A DNA stretch of 64,000 nucleotides. Origin: Camelus ferus. Its lineage: Eukaryota. Positions 39,991 to 53,342 of this stretch are shown piece after piece. The notes below the pieces were generated by a model, which had not been told where the DNA came from, ran no database searches, and saw nothing but the letters and a program-made list of their open reading frames with translations. Made by a program: the position numbers and the translations under genes. The stretch is from positions 104,658,001 through 104,722,000 of the forward strand of contig NC_045696.1 in assembly GCF_009834535.1 (NCBI RefSeq), read 5' to 3'. The first letter of the stretch is position 1, and every line of letters begins with the position of its first letter.

Positions 39991-40299
39991 CAGTCTCCCG
40001 TGCTTATTTTCTTTGTTCATGATAATTTGCTCTGTAGGTGCTACCATAAAAAGAGCAGGACATCCTGGTACGATTAAGGTGGAGCTCTATAGTCAGGCTG
40101 AGGCCAGGGATTGGAGAAATGCGAAGTCCAGAGGTAAGTGCACAGACGGAATATCTGTGCCTGGAAAAGGTAAAGATGTATCCTATTCTGTGGAGTGAGA
40201 TTCTACAAGATAGGAAATATTTTTCTTTTATAAATGTTTATATGTGTGTGTGTGTGTGTGTATACACATATATAATACATATATAATTTCATCTCTTCT

Positions 40300-40888
40300 A
40301 AGAATATTTTTCCATATTTCACCATCATTGAAACCAGGACTATAATGAATTGTAATTACATTGATATCATTGATTATAATCAGTGAATCAAAGGCATCTC
40401 TCAGTTTCTGGCCAGGCTGGAGCCATGATGTAGTTGTCATTGCCAGTGTGGACACATCAAAATTTGCAGAATGGCTTTTAGCACTTGGAGAAAGTCCTGG
40501 ACACAGTAATGGAGCACTTTTTAAAAATGCTGCATTAGCAATGGTCTAACAACACACAGGATAATATTGCATGGAAAACCTGGGGACTGGACAACCCTGA
40601 ATCACAGGTGATTAGAAAATTCAGCCTGTAAATATGAAGATAATTTGAAGACACTTCAACCATTCAGTTCTATCTATGCTATGTTATCACCTTGTAATAT
40701 GCGTGGGAGTGATGACAGTCTTCTGCTTGTCTTAAAAAAGTATGTTATTAAGTATAAAATAAGACTTTTTTTCCTAAGTGTTAAGAAAACACGTGTCATA
40801 ATTTAGCTGGCAGTGCTTTTCCTTTCTTAGTGGTACAAATGATGGTGCATCTTACATTTGATGGCATCTTGGCATCAATAAACACAGC
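40300..40888. mobile_element. Old Tigger-type DNA transposon fragment (Tigger13a-like)
   Basis: Terminus gatggtgcatcttacatttgatggcatcttgg...aaacacag resembles a recalled Tigger end. Left boundary uncertain. Confidence 0.45.
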
Positions 40889-42261
40889 CCAATAAATACA
40901 GCTCACGTACGTGTTGTGTGTGTATTCATATGTGCATGCGTCTATTCTGCAACCTTAAAAGAAAATTGAGTTGTAGGTCTGAACTGAATTAAAATCGTGA
41001 CATTATCTCATTTTGGTTTTCATGCCACCAGCCATCCTGCCTCATCCTTACAGCCAGTATTTGGGGAGACTGGTGGCAAAAACAAATTATTAAGGCCTTC
41101 CTGCAACCCTGATGTGGCAAAGATTGCTCAGATAGATGATGAGGGGCAGAGTACATTTAAGAAATGTACAGACATGTTTTTCCATGTGTCATGTGATTTC
41201 TCCCCCCAAATGAACGCTTTCAGTTCAGTTGGGTGATCTGACTTCCCTTTGCGATCCACATACATTGTACTTTACAGCATGAATGCTAAGTTAAAACTCT
41301 GGAATTCAAGTCCCTTCTTGCCTTAGTCATTCTATTATTTCAATGCATCACAAATTTCTTTGTAGCTAAACCCAAGGCTCTCAGGCATTCTTGAAATAAC
41401 CCTTTTAAAGCTGACATTTTTTAATCACTCCTAACTCAGATGAAAATGGTTTTGACATGGTGTTCTGAGAAGGCACAGCACTTAATAGCAAACACTTCTC
41501 ATGTATTGAGCAGGATTAGTCAGCCTAATTCTAAAAAAGATGTCATAATGAGTATGCTGCAATAGCTGTTTTAAAACTTGGGCCAAAATTTTTTTTCCTT
41601 TTAATGTCTTGGAACAAAAAGGGAAAGTTCCACTTCTGAAAATGAAGAGAAATCTCTTATTACCAATTACAAAATATGATGCGAGAAAAATGGATGAGGT
41701 TCAGACTGCTTATTTCTTTTTCCTAGTAAAAGTAAAATATATCAAAAGTAGTTGCTTCTGGACTGTATGGATTTTTTGTTTACACTCTGTGCAGAAAATA
41801 TGCTTAAAATAGACCACAGAGAAATCTACCTAGCTGAAAACCATGCATAATTCAGCATAGAGAGTGAACTATAATCCCTTTACTCTGATTGGGTAAATGG
41901 TTTGTGCTCTGAAAACAGGAATTTTTCCAGATAGCAGGGAAAAGTCAGATTATATTTCTCTTCAGTACAAGAACCTGTCACAAATGGAGGCTCTGGCAAT
42001 CTATCCTGTTGCCGCAAAGGGTCAAGAGAAATGTCTTCAGTCCTCAGATCTGAGACAGGATGCAAACACAGCGTTGGGACTGATGCTTGGAGAAGCACCC
42101 ATGCTTAGCTCTAACCACATGCACAAGAATGGGCCTGTTCCTTTGAATGCTGGATGGATTTGTGTAAAAACACACGTTGATTTCCTTCTTCTGTAATTGG
42201 GAAATCCCAAATTATCATTTGTAAGGATTTTGACTTGATTGACAGATAGACATTTAAGACA

Positions 42262-42400
42262 GTAGAACTTAGAATTCAAGAACACAACTTCAAGTTTCTG
42301 GCTCCTCCAATTGTTAACCATGAGAGCTTGGGCAAATTCCTCAACCTCTTGGTGTCTCAGTTTCACCATCTATGAAACAAGGATAAAAATAATATCTAAT
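42262..42400 (+). mobile_element. MIR SINE relic
   Basis: cttgggcaaattcctcaacctcttggtgtctcagtttcaccatctatgaaac. Confidence 0.75.
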
Positions 42401-42402
42401 AG

Positions 42403-43665
42403 GACTTCCACTCCCCACCAGGATGGAAAAATAGGAACCTACTGCTTTTAAAAACCAGGACGCTGGGAGAATGTAGAAAATAATGGCTTTCAGATATTGT
42501 ACAACAGGAGGCACAGCCCAGTGATCTCCGAGAGAAGAAAAATATGAGAAAACTACCAAGGCTGGGGAAAGAACTGCTGAAACAAGGCAGGCAGAACAAT
42601 CCCTGGAGCTCACACAGTGCTAGGAATAGTCTGTGTTCCCACCACTCAGTGAGGAAAAACCTTGTAACGCATGAGGCACGGAAGAACGCCTCAGGAGTGA
42701 GGACAAATTACCCCTAGACTGACAGCTGATCTGATCCCACCTAATGATGCTTAAAAGCAAGGTTTAAAAAGCTAAGACTGATTCCAAGTAATTTAACTGC
42801 ATTCCAGAATGAAGTCCCAAAATACTTAAAGGTATAAAAAAAAATCCCACAACTCGACACCATAAAATTCACAAGGTCCAGTATCCAATAACATTTGCCA
42901 GGCATCCAAAATCAGAAAAATACATAAGGATTATAACTAGTTGATAAAAACAGACTCAGAAGTGGCGCAGATGATAAAACTAGTAGTCAAGGATGTTAAA
43001 ACAACTGTTACAAATATATTTCATATGTTTAACAAGTGAAAGAAAAGAAAGCATTGGCAGATAAGGAAAATTAGATGGATAGATAGATAGATAGACAGAG
43101 GTATACTATTACAGCTATTTTCCTACCTATAATAGATCTTCTAGAGATAAATTAAAAATACTATCTGAGATTTAAAACATACTGAATGGGATTAACATTA
43201 GATTAAGCTCTGTAGGAGCAAGAGTAGTAAAATTGAAGGCACAAGAACAGGAACTATCCAAAATGAAAAAAAGAGAGAAAAAAGATTGAAAATGAACAGA
43301 GCATCAGTGTGCTATGGGGCAATATAAAGCAGCCTAATATACACATATAATTTTAATCCCAGAAAAATAGAAGAGGAGATATGAAAAATGTTTGATGAAA
43401 TAACGGTTGTAAACTTAACAAATTTGATGAAAAGCATAAACCCACAAAAAGCTCAATGAACCTCAAACAGAAGAAATGAAGAAAACACATAAGGCACATC
43501 TTGCTGAAACCAGTATGAAAAAGTAAAACATTTTAATTAGTCAGAAAAAAAAAGATAAATTATACATAGAAACAAAGATAACTTTGACAGCAGACTTCTC
43601 ATCAGAAACAATAGTAATAAGAAGATGGTTGAGCATCAACTTTAAAGTAAAGTTTTAAAAAAAAA
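42403..43665 (+). mobile_element. Ancient L1 5' UTR and degenerate ORF1, with (GATA)n at about 43073-43096
   Basis: A-rich ORF1-like remnants: aatgaacagagcatcagtgtgctatggggcaatataaagc and acagcagacttctcatcagaaacaat (TADFSSET). Confidence 0.7.
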
Positions 43666-45481
43666 GGAGTTAGTTCAAGGCTGTGTTAAGGTTTACAAGA
43701 GGCAATGTTTTTATCTTTAAATCTTTAGACTAGCCAAAATAGGTACTATTTAAATATTTGGTAAATTAAAACAAAATAGAACAGTTGTACGCTTCCTTTC
43801 CCAAAAGACCCCAGAATTTTAGGTATGTGGAGAGACCCTTAGAAATCATCAAATCCAAATCAATGATTTATAGAATTGATCCCTGAGGCACACAGTGAGG
43901 ATGACCTTTGGTCAAGGGCACACGATGAGCTGCAGGCAGAGGCATCACCGGACCCCAGCAACTCATGGGTCCTCTTGACATCACCTGCCACAGTCATGAT
44001 CGATGAGCAACTCCTGGATATTTTCCAGCTTCATTCCCACTATTGCTCTTCACTGCCACCTCCTCTTCATATCTGTGGCTTTTCTCTAGAAATTGTTTTT
44101 CTCAGAATTTGTTTTTCCCAAGCATTTTTTTTTCATTCCCTTCCTTCCAGTAAATAAAGTGTATTCACCTTCTTTAATCATTTCACTCAAAGCAGGGTGT
44201 AAGCCTTGGAGAAGGCAAGGACCGCACTCACTTACAGTTTGGGAAGTCATTGTTCTACTCACTAGAAGGGGGCTTTGGACCCCCAAAGATGTTCTAATTC
44301 TTCCCTTTGGGGCCCCTGCCTCTCCCAGCTCCACTGGCAAAACAGCGCTGGAGCCTGTTGGCACAGAAAAGATAGACACAATGGTTCCTTACCACAGCAC
44401 AGTGGAAAGGTAAGACCAGCCCTCTGTCAGTCACAGCAAACTACAAGATTAATTAAAGCCACTCAGACCAACAGGTGGGTCCCCAGAACTGCATGACACT
44501 GGACAGATCTTAGGCCCTGATTTATCACTTACCAATGTGTTCAGTGAACATGCATTTAAATGTCTCTTCGAACAGACTGGTCCATTTCTGCTCCCAGAAG
44601 CACTTGGGTGGTCCTCTATCACTACCTTTCTTCTTGGGGTTGGTGCGGGAGGTTGTAACATGCTAATCTGGAAAGTCTTCAGGAAAAGGAAAGGGCAGAA
44701 AGAGCTGATGTGGGGCTGTCAGGACCCCCATCTGGCCCTCAGAGGCCAGTCACTGGGAGCAGCACTGCTGTCTGGGGCAATGAACATTAATCAGCCCATG
44801 TGCCCAGTTATGTGCAAAGAGCCATGTGTTAACAGCATGGAGGAAAAAATGAATATATTTTGAACCTACTATGTGCAAGAAGCATTTATTAAATTATGGT
44901 TAATCCTCACAACAACCTTGAAAGGTAAATATTATTCTTATCTTGTAGTTGACAAAATTGAGGGTTGAAGAGGTTGAAGAAGTCTTACAGATAAATGAAG
45001 GCTGAGGAGACGAGTCTCCTTTACAGTGCCATTGTCTGTCCTGCAGCCTCATGAGCTCTGGGAAAGGGGACAGCACTGTGGGTGGGGACCACAGTCATAG
45101 GTGGCTTCCTGCAGGAAGTGGCACAGTGGCTGGTCTTTGAGAAACAGGCTGAGAAGAGGCATGAGAGAATGTGAGCTTAGGGGAACATCATGTTAAAGCA
45201 AAAGTGCAAGAATGATCAGGGCAATGTGCAGGGCATACCTGCTCCGGTTCACATCATTGAGCAGAAAGATGAGGACACAAGGTGGATGACAACAGAATGG
45301 ATGAAGGGTGCCAGCCTTGAATGTCTCATATGGGTGCTGAGATATACAGAAGCTATCATGGAATAAGAAAGTTTTAGGAATCTGGATGTTCCTAGATAGG
45401 TAGGCTACCTTTGGAGAAGGAACCCCCAAATCCAGATCTCCTTGGAATTTCTTGCTACAGGGAACACAACTGAACAAGATC

Positions 45482-45720
45482 ATAACAGCTAACATTTATT
45501 AAGCATTTTGAATAAACCAAACACTGTGATAAGAGCTTTCCATGTCCCATCTACTCCCCACTATAACCTTGGTAGTTGGATGTTGCTTTCATGGAGCACA
45601 TTTCACAGAGGAGGAAACTGAAGCCCAGAGGGTTGAGTACCTTACCTGCTCCAGGTCACACTATTGAGCAGTGAGCCAGCTGTCAGCATGGGCAGTGAGA
45701 TTCCCGAACCTGTGCTCCGT
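45482..45720 (-). mobile_element. MIR SINE relic
   Basis: gctaacatttattaagc...catttcacagaggaggaaactgaagcccagagggttgagta. Confidence 0.75.
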
Positions 45721-45992
45721 GTCCTCACAGCTCAAAGTGTGGGCTGCAGAGCAGTGCATGGGCCTCACCTGGGAGCAGTAACACTTGTTATTTGAAGATC
45801 TTTTCCTTAATGAATATGAAAGTACTTAGAAAAACATAAAGCATTATCACAGGGAAGGTATTAGGAATGCCTTTCAGCCATGGAAATTGGATTTAAGACC
45901 ATGACCCTTTCTTGGGTTATGCCTTGCTTATTTGATTCTCAGCACAGACCTGAATGGGCCCAGATGCTCTAAAGCAGACATAAGCTCTAAAG

Positions 45993-46225
45993 CAGACATC
46001 AGCAAACCTTTTTTATTTATTTTTTGTTAAAGGACAAGGGAGTAAATATTTTAGGCTTTGCAGGCCATATGGTCTCTGTCATGACTACTCAACTGTGCCA
46101 CTGTGGCATGAAAGCAGTCATAAACAGCACTCCACAAACGAGGGTGGCTGAGTTCCAATAAAACTTTATTTACAAAAACAGATGGTGAGCAAAATTTGGC
46201 CTCAGGCTATAGTTTGTCATCCCTA
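45993..46225. mobile_element. MER58A hAT-Charlie DNA transposon
   Basis: tcagcaaac...gtaaatattttaggctttgcaggccatatggtctctgtc...ttccaataaaactttatttacaaaaacag...tagtttg. Confidence 0.88.
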
Positions 46226-46494
46226 TTTTAGAGCACCTAATATTACCCTCTGAAAGAAGGGAGAGGAAGGTGAGGAAATATGTTTTAAGGTGAAGGAACT
46301 TTCTACTAACCACCTGGATGCAAGACATCTCCATGAGGGCAAGAAATCTTTGGATTCTGGGTGTCTGGGAGGAACATCACAACCACTAGCAGGGTGGAGA
46401 AGATATCAGACTGTTTATGGCAGGAGACTTTTTGCCCCTTTATATCAAACCTTGTTTGGATGAGCTCTATAGAGTGGAAGGAAATGTCAGTTAG

Positions 46495-47640
46495 CATCCA
46501 TCAATTCTTTTTTATTCATTTATCTATACAGCATGACTATTATAAGCCACATAGTATAAATAAACACAGGATAAATTGTGCACTGTCCCTGTTCTCACAG
46601 AGTTCATAGCCCAATGGCGGAGGAAGATGTAAACAGGCAGCCCACTCATGTGGTCCAAGCTAGCATGGAGATAGCCACAGAGCACTGCATGAGCTTGGAG
46701 GAGTGCACGTTACCCAGACCAAGAGAAGGGGATCAGAGAAGCTCTCTGGAAGAAGGTAAGCCTCTGTTGATACTTGAAGGCTTGCAGGATGTAGAGTCAA
46801 CTAAGTGAAGGAAGAGGGGCAGAGTGAACAATTTGCAAAGGCTAGAGGCAGGAGGAAGCACAGGAGCAGTCTGAGTGTGGAACCAGACAATGAGTCTGAA
46901 AAGGGAATGGGGGTCATGGGTGAGAGAGACTCTGGGGCCAGATTATCAAAGACCTGTGCACCATCTGAAGGAGGTGGGCTCCATTCTTAGGGCCATGAGG
47001 TCCATTGAAGCCTTTTATATCGTAAAGAAGTAATGCCTGGATTTCTGTTTTGAGAATCTAGAGAAATTTTACTAAGGTTTCACAACAGAGAATGGATGGA
47101 CTGGCGGAGAGTGCTGGGGATAGGGTGCAATACAGAGGAGAGGTTAATCAGGAAGCTTGGGCAGTGACAGGGGTCAGAGAGGAGGGGCTAGTATTAGAAG
47201 GAAGAACTATACAAGCGGAGCAGATAAAGCTTAGTAAGTGTTGAACTGTCAGTGGCAACAGAGAGTGAAAGACACTCAAGTTTCTTCGGAGCAACTAGGT
47301 GGATGTTGGTATCACTTACTACAACATTCAGTACAGTAGGAAGGTCAGGTTTGGAGGAGAGGTAGTGATATCTGCTTTTGACTCTGAGTGTCTGTGGAAC
47401 TGACCAGTGAAGATGTTCAGTAGGTACATATATGGGATTGGAACTTAGGGGAAAGAAATGAGCAGAAGGTAGGTATTTGAACATCAGCCTGCAGAGATTG
47501 TGATCAAAGGCATGGCAGAGAGGAGATCACACAAAGAGAGTGCATTGAATGAGAGCAGAAGACCTAGGAGGGATCCCAAGGGAGGAATGATTAGAGTCAG
47601 GAGACCATGAGGGAGAAGGGAAAGGACACCCATGATGAGG
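46495..47640 (-). mobile_element. L2 LINE relic
   Basis: Purine-rich degenerate L2 with attcattt at the left, and gggccagattatc, gcaactaggtggatgttggtatcactt, gatcacacaaagagag. Confidence 0.6.
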
Positions 47641-47899
47641 GCAAGAGGACCAGGAGCGAGTGGCATAACATTCTTGTCAAGGATGGTACGTGGATTATCT
47701 CCGCTATTGCTTCCAACGCCCGTATGGCTGGGTCTGATCATTTTTATTTTACAGATAAGAGAACTGGGAATCCAAGGGGGAAAGTAACTTGACTAAGTTT
47801 GCAGTAAGATTTGAAGGTGGGATTGAAACAAGTTTGTCTTTTAATTTGAAGCTTATGTACTTCTATACCACCAAGTTACACTACAGCTTTCAATAATAA

Positions 47900-48160
47900 A
47901 ACAAATGACATTTATTTGTATGTACTTTGCTTTAGACACTGTTATAAACATTTAAAGTATTTTCACTCATTTACCTCTCATGATAATCCAATGATACCCA
48001 GCACCAACCATCCAGGACCATTATTATCCTCATTTTTCAAATAAGAAAACTGAACCACAAATTTGCCCAAGGTCACACAGCTAGAGAATGGCAGATCTGG
48101 AATTTGAACATAGGAAGTCTGACTCTCAAGTCTGTGCTCCTAACCACTACACTACACAAC
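47900..48160 (-). mobile_element. MIR SINE relic
   Basis: attatcctcatttt...aaactga...ttgcccaaggtcacacagctag...tttgaac...gtctgactc. Confidence 0.8.
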
Positions 48161-48740
48161 TTGAATCAATCTGAAACCTTTCATTCAGCAAAGGCTAACG
48201 GAGTGACTGTATCATCCCAGGCCCTGTGTTTGATGTTGCGGTTCAAAAATGTGCTCAAACATTACAATTCCTACCCAGATGGATCTTACAGTCTGGTACC
48301 TCCTAGAATTGATTCTCAGTTTTATCTAAAATAGACTAACAATGAAGAGACAATAGAATTGAGTGACAGAATGTGGAGGAAACTTGAGTTGGGGACCAGT
48401 TGAGAGAAATTCAGGCTTTTATTGAATACCTCAGTGTGCAGTACCTTTCTAGATCTGAGATGAGCTATAATGGGTAAACTAGTTTAAGGGCACAGTCACT
48501 TAGGGATATTTCAGACTTGTTTTGACCTAAATTTGTCTTCCTTTGTGTTTTCCTGTAGAACGTATTTTTGTGATGATTAATTCACTGCTCATGAGATGGT
48601 CTGAACTTTTTTTTTTAATCATGATGCTTTTTTCAATCCCTCTTTTGTGACAGGAATAGATTTAGGCATTTAGAGTTTAGGAGGTTGGGATTTTTGAAAT
48701 CATGGAGTGCTGGATGATAGAGAGTGTGGACTAAGAATGA

Positions 48741-49189
48741 TGCTGGCTGTATCAGTAAACAAAGGATGCTGCAGCCATCAAGCCATCAGCCACTGCAGCC
48801 ACCTCCCAAATGGTGCACCCTGAGGGGACTAAGGATAGGATAGAATAGGATACTGGTCCTAGATGGCTAACATGTATATCAAAGGAATGATTTCAATGAG
48901 TCCAGATTTTTGCATCTTCCCATACACAGAAAAGTCCTTACAAAAAAAAGTGTTAAATTTCTTAACTTGAGATACTTTGTTTTCCTTAATTAACAGTAAT
49001 CTTTTGATGTTCTGACTACCTGGTGTTTGCTGCAAAAACTCATATATCCTGGCTCCTCCCTTACCTCTTCTGAACAGTCCCTCAGAGCTATCTGAGAGGC
49101 TATCTCCTGGGCTTGAAGTCCTCAGAAAGTCTGCCAAATAAAAGATAATTCTAAACTTTTAGGTTATGCATTACTTTTTTCAGTCAACA
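48741..49189 (+). mobile_element. ERV1-class solo LTR, about 445 bp
   Basis: TG start at 48741 or 48748 and end cagtcaaca. AATAAA at 49137-49142. LTR-like internal ctatctgagaggctatctcctgggcttgaagtcctcag. No clean TSD. Confidence 0.75.
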
Positions 49190-49460
49190 GGATGTTAACA
49201 ACTCTGAAGACAGGAGGGGAGTGTTTACTTCAAGTGGGAAGGACTCTTGGGTGACATCACCCAAGATAGTGGGAGCCTCCCAAAAGAAGCCAAGAACTTT
49301 ATTGCTTCTTAATAATGGTCCCTTCTATCTCTTGATTGTATCTCCCTTCCTAATACTCACCATAGGATTTGATTTTTAGGGAGATGAGAAAGGTCTGAAT
49401 TAGGAGGGGTCTACTATAGATGTTTCATTGTGGAGAAACAGAAGTTGACTTACAAAAATT

Positions 49461-52400
49461 AACAAGCAATTCTCCAAGGAAGAAATACAAATGATCAATA
49501 GGCACATGAAAAAATGCTCAATATCACTAATTATCAGAGAAATGCAAATCAAAACTACAATGAGGTATCACCTCACACCAGTCAGAATGGCCATCATTCA
49601 AAAATCCACAAATGACAAATGCTGGAGAGGCTGTGGAGAAAAGGGAACCCTCCTACACTGCTGGTGGGAATGCAGTTTGGTGCAGCCACTGTGGAAAACA
49701 GTATGGAGATTCCTCAAAAGACTAGGAATAGACTTACCGTATGACCCAGGAATCCCACTCCTGGGCATAAATCCAGAAGGAACCCTACTTCAAAATGACA
49801 CCTGCACCCCAATGTTCATAGCAGCACTACTTACAATAGCCAAGACATGGAAACAGCCTAAATGTCCATCAACAGATGACTGGATAAAGAAGCTGTGGTA
49901 TACAACAAACAAAATAGAAATACAGAATATCATATGAGAATATTATGAAAAACTATATGGAACCAAACTGGATAACCTAGAGGAGATGGACAAGTTTCTG
50001 GAAACATACTGTCCACCAAAACTGAATCAAGAAGAATCTGAACACTTGAACAATCTGATCACTAGAAAGGAAATAGAAATAGCAATTAAAAACCTCCCTA
50101 CAAATAAAAGTCCAGGACCGGACAGCTTCACTGGGGAGTTCTACCAAACATACAAAGAAAAACTCATACCAGTCCTTCTCCAACTCTTCCAGACAATTGA
50201 AAAGGAAGGAATACTCCCAAACTCATTCTATGAAGCCACCATCACCCTGATACCAAAACCAGGCAAAGACACTACAAAAAAAGAGAATTATAGGGCAATA
50301 TCACTGATGAACATAGACGCCAAAATCCTCACCAAAATTTTAGCAAATAGAATCCAACAACACATAAAAAAGATTATACATCATGACCAAGTGGGGTTCA
50401 TCCCAGGGACACAAGGCTGGTTCAACATACGCAAATCAATCAATGTAATACATCACATCAACAAGAGAAAGGACAAAAACCACATGATCATCTCAATCGA
50501 TGCAGAAAAAGCATTTGATAAAATTCAACACCCATTTATGATAAAAACTCTCGCCAAAGTGGGTATAGAGGGAACATATCTCAACATAATAAAAGCTATA
50601 TATGACAAACCTACAGCCAGCATAGTACTCAACGGTGAAAAACTCAAAAGCTTCCCACTAAAATCTGGGACAAGACAAGGATGCCCACTATCACCACTCC
50701 TATTCAACATAGTCCTGGAAATCCTAGCCACAGCAGTCAGGCAAGAGAAAGAAATAAAAGGGATCCAAATTGGAAAAGAAGAGGTAAAAGTGTCATTATA
50801 TGCTGATGATATGTTACTATATATAGAAAACCCCAAAAGGTCCACACAAAAGCTACTAGAGCTGATCGAAGAATTCAGCAAGGTAGCAGGTTACAAAATT
50901 AACGTTCAAAAATCAGTTGCATTTCTTTACACTAACGATAAATCAACAGAAGAAGAAAGTAAAGAAACAATCCCCTTTAAAATAGCACCCAAAGTAATAA
51001 AATATCTGGGAATAAATCTAACCAAGGAGGTGAAAGAATTATACACAGAAAACTATAAACCATTGATGAAGGAAATTAAAGAAGACTTTAAAAAATGGAA
51101 AGATATTCCATGCTCTTGGATTGGAAGAATCAATATTGTTAAAATGGTCACACTGCCCAAGGCAATCTACAGATTTAATGCAATCCCTATCCAATTACCC
51201 AGGACATATTTCACAGAACTAGAACAAATCATAATAAAATTTATATGGAACCATCAAAGACCTAGAATTGCCAAAGCATTACTGAAGAGAAAGAAAGAGG
51301 CTGGAGGAATAACTCTCCCAGACTTCAGACAATACTATAGAGCTACAGTCATCAAGACAGCATGGTATTGGTACCAAAACAGACATATAGACCAATGGAA
51401 CAGAATAGAGAGCCCAGAAATGAACCCAAAAACTTTTGGTCAACTCATCTTCGACAAAGGATGCAAGAATATACAATGGAATAAAGACAGTCTCTTCAGC
51501 AAATGGTGTTGGGAAAACTGGACAGCAGCATGTAAAACAATGAAGCTAGAACACTCCCTTACACCATATACAAAAATCAACTCAAAATGGATTAAAGACT
51601 TAAACATAAGACAAGATACAATAAACCTCCTAGAGGAAAACATAGGCAAAACATTATCTGACATACATTTAAAAAATTTTCTCCTAGAAGAAATAAAAGC
51701 AAGAATAAACATATGGGACCTAATGAAACTTACAAGCTTCTGCACAGCAAAGGAAACCAGAAGTAAAACAAGAAGAAAACCTACGGAATGGGAGAAAATT
51801 TTTGCAAGTGAAACCGACAAAGGCTTGATCTCCAGAATATATAAGCAGCTCATACGACTCAATAAGAAAAAAATAAACAACCCAATCCAAAAATGGGCAG
51901 AAGACCTAAACAAGCAATTCTCCAAGGAAGACATACAAATGATCAAAAAGCACATGAAAAAATGCTCAATATCACTAATTATCAGAGAAATGCAAATCAA
52001 AACTACAATGAGGTATCACCTCACACCAGTCAGAATGGCCATCATTCAAAAATCCACAAATGACAAATGCTGGAGAGGCTGTGGAGAAAGGGGAACACTC
52101 CTACACTGCTGGTGGGAATGCAGTTTGGTGCAGCCACTATGGAAAACAGTGTGGAGATTCCTCAAAAGACTAGGAATAGACTTACCATATGACCCAGAAA
52201 TCCCACTCCTGGGCTTGTATCCAGAAGGAAATCTACTTCAGGATGACACCTGCACCCCAATGTTCATAGCAGCACTATTTACAATAGCCAAAACATGGAA
52301 ACAGCCTAAATGTCCATCAACAGGTGACTGGATAAAGAAGAGATGGTATATTTATACAATGGAATACTACTCAGCCATAAAAACCGACAACATAATGCCA

Positions 52401-52819
52401 TTTGCAGCAACATGGATGTTCCTGGAGAATGTCATTCTAAGTGAAGTAAGCCAGAAAGAGAAAGAAAAATACCATATGAGATCGCTCATATGTGGAATCT
52501 AAAACAAACAAACAAACAAACAAAACATAAATACAAAACAGAAACAGACTCATAGACATAGAATACAAACTTGTGGCTGCCAAGGGGCCGGGGGTGGGAA
52601 GGGACAGACTGGGATTTCAAAATGTAGAACAGATAAACAAGATTATACTGTATAGCACAGGGAAATATATACAAGATGTTGTGGTAGCTCACAGAGAAAA
52701 AAAATGTGACAATGAATATATATATATATTCATGTATAACTGAAAAATTGTGCTCTACATTGGAATTTGACACAACATTGTAAAATGATTATAAATCAAT
52801 AAAAATGTTAAAAAAATTG
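49461..52819 (+). mobile_element. Young 5'-truncated chimeric LINE-1 with an extra ORF2 C-terminal segment at its 5' end
   Basis: 49461-49901 repeats 51909-52349 in the same orientation. The main body 49902-52819 runs to AATAAA and an A tail. Candidate TSD acaaaaatt at 49452-49460 and 52820-52828. Confidence 0.95.
49986..52502 (+). CDS. L1 ORF2p, N-terminally truncated (no endonuclease): Z domain, reverse transcriptase and cysteine-rich C-terminus, 838 aa uninterrupted
   Basis: [38 protein letters not shown] at 50799-50810, KYLGINL, CWRGC...HCWWEC. Expression is not demonstrated. Confidence 0.9.
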   Translation: MDKFLETYCPPKLNQEESEHLNNLITRKEIEIAIKNLPTNKSPGPDSFTGEFYQTYKEKLIPVLLQLFQTIEKEGILPNSFYEATITLIPKPGKDTTKKENYRAISLMNIDAKILTKILANRIQQHIKKIIHHDQVGFIPGTQGWFNIRKSINVIHHINKRKDKNHMIISIDAEKAFDKIQHPFMIKTLAKVGIEGTYLNIIKAIYDKPTASIVLNGEKLKSFPLKSGTRQGCPLSPLLFNIVLEILATAVRQEKEIKGIQIGKEEVKVSLYADDMLLYIENPKRSTQKLLELIEEFSKVAGYKINVQKSVAFLYTNDKSTEEESKETIPFKIAPKVIKYLGINLTKEVKELYTENYKPLMKEIKEDFKKWKDIPCSWIGRINIVKMVTLPKAIYRFNAIPIQLPRTYFTELEQIIIKFIWNHQRPRIAKALLKRKKEAGGITLPDFRQYYRATVIKTAWYWYQNRHIDQWNRIESPEMNPKTFGQLIFDKGCKNIQWNKDSLFSKWCWENWTAACKTMKLEHSLTPYTKINSKWIKDLNIRQDTINLLEENIGKTLSDIHLKNFLLEEIKARINIWDLMKLTSFCTAKETRSKTRRKPTEWEKIFASETDKGLISRIYKQLIRLNKKKINNPIQKWAEDLNKQFSKEDIQMIKKHMKKCSISLIIREMQIKTTMRYHLTPVRMAIIQKSTNDKCWRGCGERGTLLHCWWECSLVQPLWKTVWRFLKRLGIDLPYDPEIPLLGLYPEGNLLQDDTCTPMFIAALFTIAKTWKQPKCPSTGDWIKKRWYIYTMEYYSAIKTDNIMPFAATWMFLENVILSEVSQKEKEKYHMRSLICGI

Positions 52820-53307
52820 ACAAAAATTGAATCTTTCCCTTCTTTATTAAAAACCAAGTTTGACCTATCTCATTGCCTTTAGGAATTACCAAACTGACCT
52901 GCCAATGAAGTCTCCTGAGAAACTATAAGGCTCCTTGTCCACATCACCTGAAACTCCAGGGAGACTACAATATCCTGAGGGTGGTTTGGGAGGGATTCCC
53001 TTACCGATATGCAAGGGCAGTTTCTGAAATGGCTATATTTACTGTTTGCGGCATGCTTCCGGGACTAGACCAGCTCTATTCATTGAGGGTATTATAGGTA
53101 GGTCTAAAATACCCACAGGTTTGACATATTCATTTGCACTTGGGCTACCTGCTTGTTGGATGACCCTATACCACTATGTGTAACTTTCCCAGGAAATACA
53201 TTTACTTCATGTCACTGCTGTCAGGATATATTGCTCCATACATCAGAAATCAATGCCAAAAGTAACTCCTGCCCCTGTTCACTGAGGCCTGATATTTCAT
53301 CAGTGCC

Positions 53308-53342
53308 CCATCCATCCATCCATCCATCCATCTATCCATCCC
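53308..53342 (+). repeat. (CCAT)n short tandem repeat
   Basis: ccatccatccatccatccatccatctatccatc. Confidence 0.85.

Noticed and set aside
50525..52000. Minus-strand hydrophobic ORFs (118 and 186 aa; similar ones at 515-1010 and 21738-22118)
   Set aside because: Antisense shadows of A-rich L1 coding sequence.
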